Source of the DNA: Octopus sinensis
Taxonomy: Eukaryota
Assembly: GCF_006345805.1 (NCBI RefSeq)
Contig: NC_043000.1
Coordinates: 112,964,001 to 113,028,000 of the forward strand
Direction: 5' to 3'
Length of the DNA: 64,000 nucleotides
In this document: positions 13,725-26,169 of the stretch, one piece after another
How the letters are laid out: each line of letters starts with the position of its first letter
Numbering within the stretch: position 1 is the first letter of the stretch
The notes under the pieces: generated by a model
What the model saw: the letters and a program-made list of their open reading frames with translations, nothing else
Told to the model about the DNA's origin: nothing
Database searches by the model: none
Position numbers and translations under genes: made by a program

Positions 13725-14459
13725 AATATTAACTTCGAAGAAAATTTTATTGTTTTCTCACTGACGAAGAATTAATTCAGTAGACTGTAAATTAAATGGT
13801 GACAGTTCGAATTGAGTTCAAGTCAAATAATTCCTTAGGCAAATATTTTTGGAAAAAAAAAACTCTTTCTCCCAACATTTGCATCATATATACCTTATAT
13901 CACCTGTATCGTCCAGACTATCAGATGCAATAAAGTAATGGTCCCGTGCGGCTTCGTATTGATTCCTGATTGCTCACTTCTTTTTCGTCTCACGTTAAAC
14001 TGGTTTACTGAATTGACTTCCCATGTTCATGAAGGCCTTACTAAGGGCTTTCTCCCATATGTTAGATAGCATTCGTTAACTGTAACTGGCTAGATTTTGT
14101 CCCTGAACATTACATGCCCAGTTCATTGGAACCTAAGTTCGTTTCGAGATCATGGTACTTATAAGTAATATAAAAATAAAATTACATAGAAAAAAAAAGC
14201 AGAAATAATCTCGATGTGTTTCCAAACACTAAGAGTTATTTCACATTGAAAATAGAAAGAGCTTGTTCGTAAACATGAAACCAAAGTATGTGCGGCAGTA
14301 CAAATAGGACGATTTTTTAGGTTGGCCGGAGATATTACCTGTCTACGTGGTGAGATTACTCTCCGAAGCAAATGATGTTGGCTTCATCGAAGTCTAGAAA
14401 AATTCATTTGTTTGAATGAAATTGTTTTGAGAAAACAAAATTCGACAATTATCCATATA

Positions 14460-14666
14460 TGTGGTTGTGTTTCCTGTATGTACGTACGTAGGTATGTATT
14501 TATGTATGCGTGTATATATATGTATGTACGTGTATTTACGTATGTGCGTATATCTGTTTAAGTATCTATGTATATACCTAGGTATGTATGTATGTATTTA
14601 TATATGTGTATATATATGTGTCTGCATGTGATTTGGGATGCCTGTATGTATGTAAATGCATATGTA

Positions 14667-14710
<44 letters not shown>

Positions 14711-14731
14711 CATATGTACATACATTTATAA

Positions 14732-14774
<43 letters not shown>

Positions 14775-14805
14775 CATATAATATATATACATACATACAC
14801 ACAAA

Positions 14806-14854
<49 letters not shown>

Positions 14855-15371
14855 CAGTCTTTTCTTCGAATTTTTTATATATGAAGATATCAAAAATTAC
14901 TCTGAAGAGATTCTTACCTACAAACAATGGATTTTTATTACATTATTATGGGAAAGAATCGAAACAATTGGATGCACTTTGTATTTAATATTTATTATAT
15001 ATTATATATCATATTATTATAAGAATATAATATAATATTACGTTAATAAAATTTAATTTTTGAATTTTCAATTGTATATCTTTATATATATATATATATA
15101 ATATACATATATTCATACATGCATATATATATATATATTAATAAGTATGAATGTGTTAGAGTAAAAGAGAATGGGAAATAGAGAAATATACACAAACATA
15201 TGTGGAAATGTATACATAAATACATATACTCATAGATAGATAGACAGACAGACCGATGGTTAGATAGATTGGTAGATTGATTGATAGGTAGTTAGATAGA
15301 GAGATAGACAGATAGACAGATAGACAGACAGGTAGATAGATAGACTGATAGATAGACATATAGATAGATAT

Positions 15372-15432
<61 letters not shown>

Positions 15433-15435
15433 TAG
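14460..15435. repeat. (TA)n/(TG)n and (GATA)/(GACA)n microsatellite blocks
   Basis: Visible tandem runs. Confidence 0.9.
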
Positions 15436-16104
15436 ATAAATATAATTTATGAAGAATTATGAGGAAATGGAAATATGTAACAAAAACATTAAATTCTAAA
15501 TGGGAATTTTAGAAGAAGTGAAAGAGGGGCGAAGACAAAGAGAGTAGGAAAGAAAGAATAATACCAAGAGCGTAGATAAATAGAGAAACATAGGTCTTCG
15601 AGAGCGAGGGGGAGAGCGGAGAGAGAAAGAGAGAGAGTGGGAGATAAGTGGAGGGGAGAGAGAGAGAGGCAAAAGGAATATAATATGAAAATATAATTAG
15701 TGGTGAAAAAATGAGAACGGGGGCATATAATTTACTGCGCAACTGGAATATTGTCAAAAACAGACAAATAAGACATATATATGTTGTCACCACCACGGAG
15801 AGACGCACCAACATTACCAGCATCCCCATCATCACCCCCATCACTATTTTAAGTTCACCAATACCATCATCACCGCTAGAACCATTGTCATCAGCACCGA
15901 TATCATTAATACTACAAGCACGAGCAACGTCGTCATTATCAGAAATCACGAAAATATGCTGTTTAATATTGGTATAACACTTTACATAAGCACACACATA
16001 CACACAGGTATATACACACATACGCGTATATTTTTAATTTTATATACACGTTTATGTGGTTCTTGATATACATATATATATATATATCTATATATGTGTG
16101 TGTG

Positions 16105-16244
16105 TTTAATTCTGTGTCCCTTTGTGTCGAAGATCGTAGGCTCCAAAGGTAAAAGACTTTCTCACTTCCCGAGCGTTAAATAAATACATCAGATTTTTGT
16201 TTACACACCCGTCTTCGTCTTTTCATCTTTTTTTTTTTAAATTC

Positions 16245-16250
<6 letters not shown>
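16105..16250 (+). mobile_element. Hammerhead-motif mini-element, degenerate copy
   Basis: ccctttgtgtcgaagatcgtaggctccaaaggtaaaagacttt..cccgagcgttaa aligns with the copies at 25921 and 39535; ends in (TA)n. Confidence 0.75.
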
Positions 16251-16289
<39 letters not shown>

Positions 16290-16382
16290 ACGTGAATATG
16301 CGCTAAGAAGCTTGCTTCCCAGCCATATGCTTCCGGGTTCAGTCCCATTGGATTTGGTAAACGGAAATTGGAGGAAGCCCAT

Positions 16383-16429
<47 letters not shown>

Positions 16430-16670
16430 GTATGTATATATGTATATATGTATATATTTGCTCGTGTGTGTCTGTGTTTGTGCCCCCACCATCACTTGAC
16501 AGCCGATGTTGGTCTGTTTATGTCCCCGTAACTTAACGGTCCGGCAAAAGTAACCGATAGAATACCTACTAGGCTTACGAAACTAGGCTTACGATTCTTT
16601 CGACTAACACCTTTTAAGGCGGTGCTACAGCACGGCCGCACTCAAAACGACTGAAGCAATTAAAAGAGTA
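16290..16670 (+). mobile_element. SINE-B
   Basis: Head, internal microsatellite and 3' region match; internal 13-bp duplication actaggcttacga. Confidence 0.88.
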
Positions 16671-16759
16671 TGTATATATATACACACACACACATATATA
16701 TATATGTGTGTGTGTGTATATATATATATATACTTATATATACATACATACACACATAC

Positions 16760-16813
<54 letters not shown>

Positions 16814-16815
16814 CT

Positions 16816-16851
<36 letters not shown>

Positions 16852-17444
16852 CTTATATATATATATGTATATATATATATCTTATATATATATATAGAGA
16901 GAGAGAGAGATTGAGAGAGAGATATGAGTGTGCGCATACGAGTGTGTGTGTGTGAAATATAGAATACATTATATATGCTTATCTATATACATATATATAT
17001 ATGGTCTTTTGGTATGTATATATACATATGACTGCACACACAGTCAAAGGCACTCGCACACACACACACACACAGATATATACACACACACAGCTGCAAG
17101 CACTAACACGTTACTCCTACCGATCACATGATGTCTTAGTTATATCCCTCTGGCTATATAAAGAAAGATTGCTTTATCAGGTTCTGTTCTATGTATGCAT
17201 GTATATATGTATGTTTATGTGCATGTTTGTATTTATGCATGTATGTATGTATTATGTATGTACTTATTCTATCAATCATTTTCACGAACTACTAGATTAC
17301 AGACGTAAACAAACCAACACCGGTTGTCTTGTGGTGGTGGTGGAAAACAAACAGAACAGAATCACACACACCACACGCACTCACGCACACTTATATATAT
17401 GTGCGTTTGTCTACACACAAACAGACACACACTCATATATATAT

Positions 17445-17600
17445 ATATGACTGACTTTCTCTGTGTTTTTGCCAATCATATTTCCTCAGAGATCATTGGT
17501 TATGATCTCTGAGATTAATGTTATAATAAAATGTGCTGCGCAGTGAGATTGAACCCTAAAACATGTGGCTTGAAAGCGAGCTTCTTAACCACACCAAAGC
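17445..17600 (-). mobile_element. SINE-B, degenerate 5' part
   Basis: gcgcagtgagattgaaccctaaaacatgtgg..cttcttaaccacac is a head remnant. Confidence 0.65.
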
Positions 17601-17694
17601 TGTTTCTTTTATTCTGCTTGTATTCCAGTCTTTGTAAAGAAAAATCATATATTATATATATATATATATATCTATATATATATATATATATATA

Positions 17695-18642
17695 CTAGCA
17701 GAGATACCCGGCGTTGCCCGGTTACATTCAATTGAAGAATTAGACTTTTCTGTTATATTTTCTGAATGAACTGGAATATCTATGTTTTGAATTTCATCAA
17801 AATTGCAGATGAAGGTTATTTCCCTCTTTACACACCCTAAAAAATTGTAATCGTGCCACATGGAAACCAAAAGACGAATGATCCCAATAAGCAGTCAGTT
17901 ACCCTACCCTAGTCGTTACCACTCCCAATGTAGGATTCCTCACCATCCAGGTGACAGGCACAGCCGTAAGATGCATTACGAATCTATAACAATTGGAAGG
18001 ACGTGACCCAACTGAAATCAACATTAACAACTGTGTGACGTGAGGGCTTAGGAGAAATTAAAGTGTCACCTCTGGAGTTTGCAAATGACCACTATACAGA
18101 TACGTAACTGGACAGAATGAATTTAAAATCTATAAATGTCTTTGAATAACCAGTCACTCATCTGGGAAGGCCTTGTAATCAATGTTACCATCTGGGGACT
18201 ATGTGTAACTGAGTGATAATAAAAAAACTGAAAGGAGGCCTGCAATCAAATAACTTTACACAACACTTTGCAACTGAATCAGTGGAGGCAAAGACGCCTC
18301 TCATTTACTTGACAATTTATGCACCACATTGCAGAAATCACAATGTAAGTGTATGTCAAAGCAAACTGTTACACTGTTGTATCATTGAATTAGAAATAAT
18401 GCCCAACTTTTATGCTCGGGTAACCCTACAGCTTCCAAGAGCACAACTGTATTTGTTTTTGCTTAGATAAAATGACAACACTGTTGGTGTTAAGTCCCCA
18501 TGGAGATGAAATGTTATAAATATTACTTCATTTGTGTCTAATATCTATGGTTAAAATTTCATCAACAGCAAAAATATATGAATTGTCATGGGGGTTATGG
18601 CCCTTATGCATAAAATATAATTTCCAAATTTCATAAAGATCC

Positions 18643-18689
<47 letters not shown>

Positions 18690-18762
18690 TATATATAATA
18701 ATATATATATATATGTAGATAGATAGATAGATAGATAGATAGATATTAGATATAGATATAGA
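17695..18762 (-). mobile_element. Non-autonomous Helitron (~1.07 kb)
   Basis: Terminal CTAG at 17695-17698 with adjacent cccggcgttgcccgg hairpin, as at 12586; far end reads A|TCTATATCTATATC on the minus strand. Confidence 0.65.
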
Positions 18763-18839
18763 TACACCCACATACACGCACACATACAAAGATAAATTGA
18801 TAGATACAACTGAGTGGGCAAACAAAAATATGAGACACA

Positions 18840-19054
18840 GCCTAGTGCTTTTTTATGTTGATCAGCCTAGTACTTATTCTATTAGTTTGTTCTTGTGAAA
18901 CCAGTAAGTTATGTGGATGTAAATAAATGAACAGCAGTTGTGAAGCAGTAATGATGGCGAAACACAGACACAAAGACACAAACATACACTTACATATATA
19001 CATATATATACGATTGATTTGTTACAGTTCCTGTCTACGAAATCGACATATATC
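18840..19054 (-). mobile_element. SINE-B 3' half, abutting the RTE tail
   Basis: cctagtacttattctat..microsatellite..acagttcctgtctacgaaatc. Confidence 0.7.
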
Positions 19055-21787
19055 GTTGTTGGCATCATTTTTGTCTCGGGAGACAATGGAGTTGCGCATA
19101 AAATAATCTAGTCCAGCTTTTACATTTCATGTCCTAATACATCTCCTGCTGTGGCTGTGTAGTCCTATCCTGGACAAACACTCCCTCTGGCAGGTGCCGC
19201 AAATGTAGCGACGACTTTGCCTGGCTGGTTGTAATGTCATAGTTTCTTGTTGACGTCTTTTCTTGTCTTTCCATTTCTCCTTTCTCTCTATGTTACTCCT
19301 TTGTGTTCCCTCTTTTACGGTACGTCGCCAATCTCCACGGTTGCTGGCAACTGCTTCCCAGTAAGTAATATTGATGTTGCAGGCATTCATGTCCCTTTTG
19401 CAAACATTGTATCGTAAGAACGGTCTTCACACAGACCTAGTGCCCCTAGCAAGCTCTCCGTTGAGTATGTCCTTGGGGATTCTGTCATCTTCCATACGGC
19501 TAACATGTCCAAGCAATCTCATACGTATTTGTGTGAGGAGTGCAAACATGCTTGGTATTCATGCTTGCTTGAGGACATCTTTGTTGGGGACATGATTCTG
19601 CCATTTGATGCGAAGGATTTTCCGGAGGCAGCGCAGGTGAAAGATATTTAGGCTACGTCTGGCGTCGTATGGCGTCCAAGTCTCACTTCCATACAGTAGA
19701 GTGCTAAGTACACATGCCTGGTAAATCTTCATTTTTGTGGTCTTGGTCAGCTTATTGTTGTTTTATGCGCGTTTGGTGAGTTGGGCCATCACAGCAGCTG
19801 CCTTGCCAATGCGTATATTGAACTCAGCATCCAGGGATAGGTTGTAGGTGACGGTAGAGCCAACATTGGTAAACTTCTCCACCTCCTGTACTCTGTGGTC
19901 TCCTATATGTATGTTTGGGATGTCCGATGTAGCCTGACCCATGATGCTGGTCTTCTTGAGGCTGATAACTAAGCCAAAGTTGCCAAATGCTTTCTCAAAA
20001 CAGTTGCTGAGCCTTCGTAGGGCTTCTTCTGTGTGTGATATCAGAGCGGCATCGTCAGCAAATAGCATCTCCTTGATCAGGGCGCTTCTGATTTTGGTCT
20101 TGGCACGCAGACGCGAGAGATTGAACAGTTTCCTATCACTTCTACTGTACAGAAACACTCCATCATCTGATGTCTCAAAGGCAGGTGACAGTAGCAGCGA
20201 GAAGATGCCACATAATGTAGGAGCAAGGACACAACCTTGCTTTACCCCATTTTTTATTTGGAAGGCGGCTGATGTTGAACCATTGTGCTGCATGGTGCCT
20301 TGCATATCAGCATGGAAAGATTTGATGATCTTCAGCAGCTTTGGTGGACATCCGATTTGTCCAATCAATGAAGGCCATATATAATGGCATTTTCTGCTGT
20401 CTGGACTTCTCCTGAAGTTAGCGTATGGAGAATATCATGCCAATAGTTGTTCTGCCCCTTCTAAAGCCACACTGCGATTCTGGATAATTTCGAGAAGCAA
20501 TTAGTTGCAGCCTGGACAGGATTATGCGAGCAGAAGCCTTTCCAACAGTGCTTAGAAAAGATATTCCACGGTAATTGTTACAATCATCACGGTCACCTTT
20601 ATTTTTGTAAAGCGTAATGATGTTAGCATCCCGCATATTCTGAGGGACTGTACCCTCTTCCCAGCATAGACACAGAAGCTCATGAATGTGCCGAAGCAGG
20701 ATGGTGTTTTTGCCGGTTTTGATGATCTCTAAGGGGATGTCGTCTTTTCCCGGAGCCTTGTTACTTGCTAGGGAGTCAATAGATTTGGTGAGCTCTGCTA
20801 TAGATGGCAGACTGTCAAGTTCACACATGACTGGCAAGATCTTGACACCCTCAATTGCAGCCTCACCTACCGTTGTCTCTCGTGAGTAGAGATCCTGGTA
20901 GTACTCCATCCATGTATCCATTTGCTTGCTTTGGTCCTTGATGAGATCCCCAGTAGTTGATTTCAGAGGGGCTGAGTTGGTTGCGGATGGACCGAGGGTC
21001 TTCTTCAAACCGGCATACATCCCACGGGAGTCGCCACTGTCAGCAGCTGACTTGCTACTCTGACAGATTTCCTGTCAATACCCATTTATACAGCGTCTGG
21101 CGGTCAGTTGGGTTTTATTTCTTGCCTTTCTGAGTTCTTCGAGCGACTTTGTAGAAGAATCACTCTTGTATTGCATCAGAGCTGCACGCTTTGCTTCGAT
21201 AACTGTTTCCAGCTCTGAGAGCCCAGCACTGAACAAAATCTGGGTTTTACCTTTCTCTCATGCCGAAAGTATCTATTGATGTGGTATACAAAGCTTCCCT
21301 GATATAATTCCACCTAATTTCAGCAGAGGAGGTTGGGCAACCTTGAGAGCAACCTTGATAGAAACAGCAAAACATTGTCGCAGTGTAGGGTCCGAGGTTC
21401 TGGCAGCGTTAATGCGTGGTCGGCCCATTTTCTTGGAGTGATGAACTTTTTTAGGCAGAATCCTCACCCTTCTGTGTCACAATCCGCACTGTGGTAACTA
21501 CGAGTCAGTTGAACAGAACTCAGAAAGGATCTTCGTGTAAGGATGAGATCCAGCTGATGCGAGTGGTGAGATCTTACATGTCTCCAAGATGCCTTGTGGG
21601 ATGTCTTGTTGAGAAAGAATGTGTTGGTGATGCACAGGTTATGGCTTCCTTACCCGGATTGGTCTCACCAGCCACCTCCGGTCTCATAGCGGCAGTTCCA
21701 CCAGATGATGTCAGTGGTCATCTTCGAACCCGAAGGACAAACATTATTATGGTATGTGCAAAATTCAAGTAGTCTCTGGCCATTGTC
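19055..21787 (-). mobile_element. RTE-clade LINE, 5'-truncated and decayed
   Basis: APE tail ([22 protein letters not shown]), RT (NYRGISFLS, GVKQGCVLAP, LFADDAAL), C-terminal CGTCQRECLSRIGLHSH, (AAC) tail; stops; LTKAFD region deleted near 20380. Confidence 0.95.
21645..21746 (+). mobile_element. 102-bp 3' end of a second RTE family inserted antisense into the first
   Basis: Encodes FLTRIGLTSHLRSHS..*; (TTA) tail; ttatgg duplicated at 21639-21644 and 21747-21752; removal restores CTYHNLCI. Confidence 0.85.
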
Positions 21788-21789
21788 AT

Positions 21790-22132
21790 TCATGTATATA
21801 TATATATGTATATATATATACGCATATATATATATATGTATATATATATATGTATATATATGTATATGTATATATATGTATATATATATATATATATATG
21901 TATATTATATGTATATATATATTATATATATGTATATGTATATATATGTATATATATATGTATAGTTATATATTATATATATGTATATATATGTATATAT
22001 ATTATATATATGTATATATATGTATATATGTAATATATATATATATATGTATATATGTATATATATGTATATGTATATATATGTATATATATGTATATGT
22101 GTATATATAAGTATATATGTGTATATATATGT

Positions 22133-22166
<34 letters not shown>

Positions 22167-22245
22167 GCATATATATGTATATGTATATATATATATGTAT
22201 ATATATGTATATGAATATATGTATATATATGTATATATATATATG
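21790..22245. repeat. Compound (TA)n/(TATATG)n tract
   Basis: Visible; the same type of tract continues at 25698-25920 on the other side of the CR1. Confidence 0.95.
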
Positions 22246-22333
22246 TAACTTAGAATAACTTAGAAAGGTTTTTGGCCAGTATTGGCCCAGGCCATGTCTA
22301 ACTTAATAGCACCACCTGGCGAAGTCTTTCAGT

Positions 22334-25300
22334 TCAGGATTTGGGCACCAAGGCCCATTCGAGCAGAGAGTTATTGTTTGCGGAGACATATCCGGGTGTG
22401 GGTGGTTTGTCCGGTACTGTTTGAAGGAATTTGTCCAAAGACTTCTTGAATTTTGTGTGGTCAGTTTCTTTTTTGACGTGTCCTGGTGTAATGTTGAAGA
22501 GAGCAGGTCCAAATGAGGTGAAATAGTTGTGCCGTATTGTCGTTATGTGATGCGATTTAGATTTTTGTTGTGGACGGATGGCACGTGGTCCAAGCCTTGG
22601 ATGCATTTTGAAGGTGATGCCAACATCATTCGGACAGTGCTGATGGAATATTTTCCACATCATACAGATAATGTAGCATTCACGGCGTCGTTGGAGTGAA
22701 TACAATTTCAGCTTCTCTAGTCAAGGTCTGACATGCCATCTATCTTTTTTGTGATTGACCTTTGGGGAGCTTCAATTCTCATAATATTTTGTTTTGTGTA
22801 GGGAGACCACAGTGGACAGCAGTATTCAAGGTGGGGTCGGGCAAAAGTGGAGAAGAGAAGGATAATAGCGTGGGAATCTCTCGACTGGAAGGTTCTGAGA
22901 ATCCAGGAACACATTCTGCGGGCCATGTCAACTTTGCTGCTTATATGTGTAGCCCAGCTTATGTTGTTGTCCACTGTTACTCCCAGGTCTCTGATGTTGT
23001 TGGATGCCATGAGAATTTCTCCAGAAGGAAGAGAGTATGGGAGTTTCAGAGCGTCCTCCCTTCCAAAGTGGATCAGTTCGAATTTGTCTTCATTTAGCAA
23101 CATGTTATTCTTTCCCGCCCATTGGACAACAGCCAGTAGGTCTGACTGAAGGTTTATTCGGTCATCCACGCCATTGATGACCTTCTGGAGCTTGGAATCA
23201 TCAGCGAAGGTTCTGATGTTGCTGTGTTTGATGGTGTCAGTAATATCATTTATGTAGATGATGAAGAGAAGTGGGCCCAACACAGTGCCTTGTGGGACAC
23301 CACTGCTGACTTTGGCTGGGCTGGATGTGACTCCCTCGACTACAACATGTTGGGTTCTGTTAGAGAGGAAGCACTTGATCCATTGCAGCAGCTTTCCAGT
23401 GACACCAATATTGGACAGCTTTCTCAGAAGGATCTTATGATCAACCCTGTCAAAGGCCTTGCTGAAATCAAGGTAGATGACATCAGTGTTGGAACCCTCT
23501 CCCAAGGCTCTCAAAATGTCATCAAAATGATGCAGTAGCTGCGTCAGGCAATCTCTCCCATTACGGAATCCATGCTGGTTGGGGTTCAGCATATTATGAC
23601 TCTCAAGGAAGTGAGTCATACGCGATCTCAGCACCCTCTCAAATACCTTGATGATATGAGAGGTGAGTGAGATTGGACGGTAATTCACGGCAAGCGATTT
23701 GTTTCCTTTTTTGAAAACTGGGACAACAGACTGGGATAGAAGGTCTTCTGGTATATATCCAGCATCCAGTGAGTTCCGCCACAGATTGGCTAGAGGGGTG
23801 CAAGTTGGTTTTGACACATCTTCAAGACGCAAGCAGGGAACCTATCGGGACCTACTGCTGAATTATGCTTCATTTCCTTTATTGCTGCTAAGACATCAGG
23901 AGCGCCAAATGTTATGTCCGATAAAGTGTATTGGGGAGTAACATCACTGATACAGCCCAGATCAGTCATATCAGGATTGCTGAAAACAGAGCAATATTGT
24001 TTCTGCAATATTTCTCCCATGGTTTTGGCATTGTCTTGAAGAGTACCATTTTCATCAATCAGAGGGCCAACAGTAGAACCAGTGACTCTCTGTTTTTTTG
24101 CAAATGAAAAGAACACTTTGGGATTGAGTTTGATCTTCTCAGTGGCCCAGGCCTCTTCAGCTCTTCGCTGACTATTGATGATAGACATCATGTTGTTTTG
24201 GAGTTTATGTTTTTTAATCTCTAGCGACGAGATGGCAGTCAGGTTGGTGTGTTGCTGTTGACAGTATTTCAGCATGTTGATCTTTTTGTTGATTCTTTTA
24301 ATTTTCCTTATGAGAGATTTTCTATTTCTAGGGATTCGACACTTAGATTTGTTTGCAGATCTTAATGGGGTGTGTCTTGCACATATGTTCGTAATGGTGT
24401 CTACAAGTGACTGCCAGGACTTTTTGATGTTAGTGGGTGTGTATGTGTGCGTGAAGGACCAATCGACTTGTGCAAGATCATTATTGATCGCTTCCCAGTT
24501 TGCATTGTGGAAATCCATAGTGTCAAATGGATGAACAGGAGGAATGACATTTGTTTTGCATTTTGGCCAGTGAAATCCAGATCACAGAGAACCATGTCAT
24601 GGTCGGAGAGTAGGGTTTTCTCCACTGCAATATTGTGGATAGTATCAGTGTGATTGCTGAAAATTAAGTCTAAGACGTTTTTGTGACATCTCGTTGGTTC
24701 GAGTACCAGTTGGGACAAGAAGAAGTCATCCATGAAGTCAAGAAGCGATTCCACTGCCTCCCTGTCAGGGGTTGAGAGAGAAGAACCTGGCGGCAGACTG
24801 TTTGTAGACCAGTCAACCCCGGGAAGGTTGAAATCTCCCATCATTAAAATGTTGTCAGGTTGACACTGCTGAATGAAACACTTTATGCTGTTGAGGCATT
24901 CCTTGAAGCATGGTAGGGGCGTTTGGGGTGGTCTGTAGAGCCCAACTACTGTTAAGTTGTTGGTTTGACTGAATACAGCGACTGCTTCGCAGTATCCATT
25001 CGAAAATATGTTCATGGCTTCTGTTGAGAATGAATCATGGACATAAATGGCAGTCCCACCCTTTCTTCTGCCAACACGATCAGCACGAATGGTTTTGAAA
25101 TTTTTAACTTTCACCTCGGCTTCCAAGTGGAGGTCACTAAGATGGGTTTCAGTGAGGACGAAGAAAGGGATGTGGTTTGGATGGGCCTCGACCCAGTCCT
25201 CCAGGAATCTTATCTTCCATTTTTGTGTATTGGTGGAAGGGCTGATGCCTTGGGCATTAAGCAGAAATGTTGAGGCGAGAGTGGATGGTTTTAATTGTTT

Positions 25301-25336
25301 TGGTGATTTGTTTATTTGATTGCTTTTTAATGGCAT
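22334..25336 (-). pseudogene. CR1 ORF2 (APE endonuclease plus reverse transcriptase), split by 3 indels
   Basis: Track ORFs 24401-25726, 23790-24518, 22717-23832 and 22334-22705 join into one polyprotein starting at ATG 25336; no in-frame stops within the pieces. Confidence 0.9.
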
Positions 25337-25697
25337 GTGTAGTGGGGTAATAGTGGTGGATGGCGGTGGGTGATAGCTCGGATGTTTTTTTCCAGTTCTT
25401 TTGCTAGATTCATTATAGCCAAAAAGAGGAAGAAGAGGTGGTTTCCTGTCTAGGGAACCGCAGGTGACTGTGGCCGCGGCTATTTTTATGTGAGTGGTTA
25501 TCTTTAAATGTCCGACGAGTCCCCGGGAGATGGGTAAAGGGGCAATCCCTGTGCAAACACAATCTGTCTCGCTGGGAATAGCGGCAGATTTGGGGATTCC
25601 TTGTTTGAGATATTGGTGGTTGTGGTGATGTTGTATTATGGTGGTTGCTGTTGTAGTTTGTGGGGATAGAGCGTTTTGTTCCAGGTAAATGGGTGAA
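25327..25697 (-). pseudogene. CR1 ORF1 C-terminal fragment with CCCH zinc finger
   Basis: Frame not in the track: [35 protein letters not shown] (C-x8-C-x4-C-x3-H). Confidence 0.75.
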
Positions 25698-25862
25698 TAT
25701 GTATATATATATATGTATATATACATGTATATATATATATGTATATATATATATATTATATATATATATATATGTATATATATGTATATATATATATATG
25801 TATATATATGTATATATATATATGTATATATATATGTATATATATATATGTATATATATATG

Positions 25863-25894
<32 letters not shown>

Positions 25895-25920
25895 ATATAT
25901 ATATGTATATGTATTATGTA

Positions 25921-26125
25921 TGTGTGTGTGTTTGCCAGAATGGCCGCCGTTAAAATGTATTTTTCTCTTTCTGTATTCTTTTTTTTTGCTTCTTATCCCT
26001 TTCTGTCGAAGAGCGTAGGCTCAAAACGTCATAGGCTTTTCCATCCTTCCCGAGCGTTAAACTACAACACCTGCTTGCGGTTTCTTCCCCTTCGTTTTTT
26101 TTATTTTGTAAATTTGAAACATATA
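25921..26125 (+). mobile_element. Hammerhead-motif mini-element
   Basis: CCCTTT-CTGTCGA-A-GAGC-GTAG-GCTC-AAAA-CGTC-ATAGG at 25998-26035; shared downstream cccgagcgttaa. Confidence 0.8.
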
Positions 26126-26169
26126 CATTTGTTTGTGTGTGTTTGTGTGTGTGTGTGCCTGTGTTTCAG

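Larger units (their letters stand above)
22246..25697 (-). mobile_element. CR1-group LINE: ORF1 3' end plus near-complete ORF2
   Basis: APE (LTETHL, GDFN, LDLIFSN, SDH), RT (YRPISLTS, YLDFSKAFD, GVPQGTVLGPLLF, FADD), 3' tandem TTCTAAGTTA x2. Confidence 0.95.

Noticed and set aside
13755-13790. CTGACGA-A-GAATTAATTC hammerhead-like start
   Set aside because: No GAAA or helix III follows
24401-25726. 441-aa ORF as a single protein
   Set aside because: It starts in a microsatellite and reads through ORF1 out of frame; the plausible ORF2 start is ATG 25336
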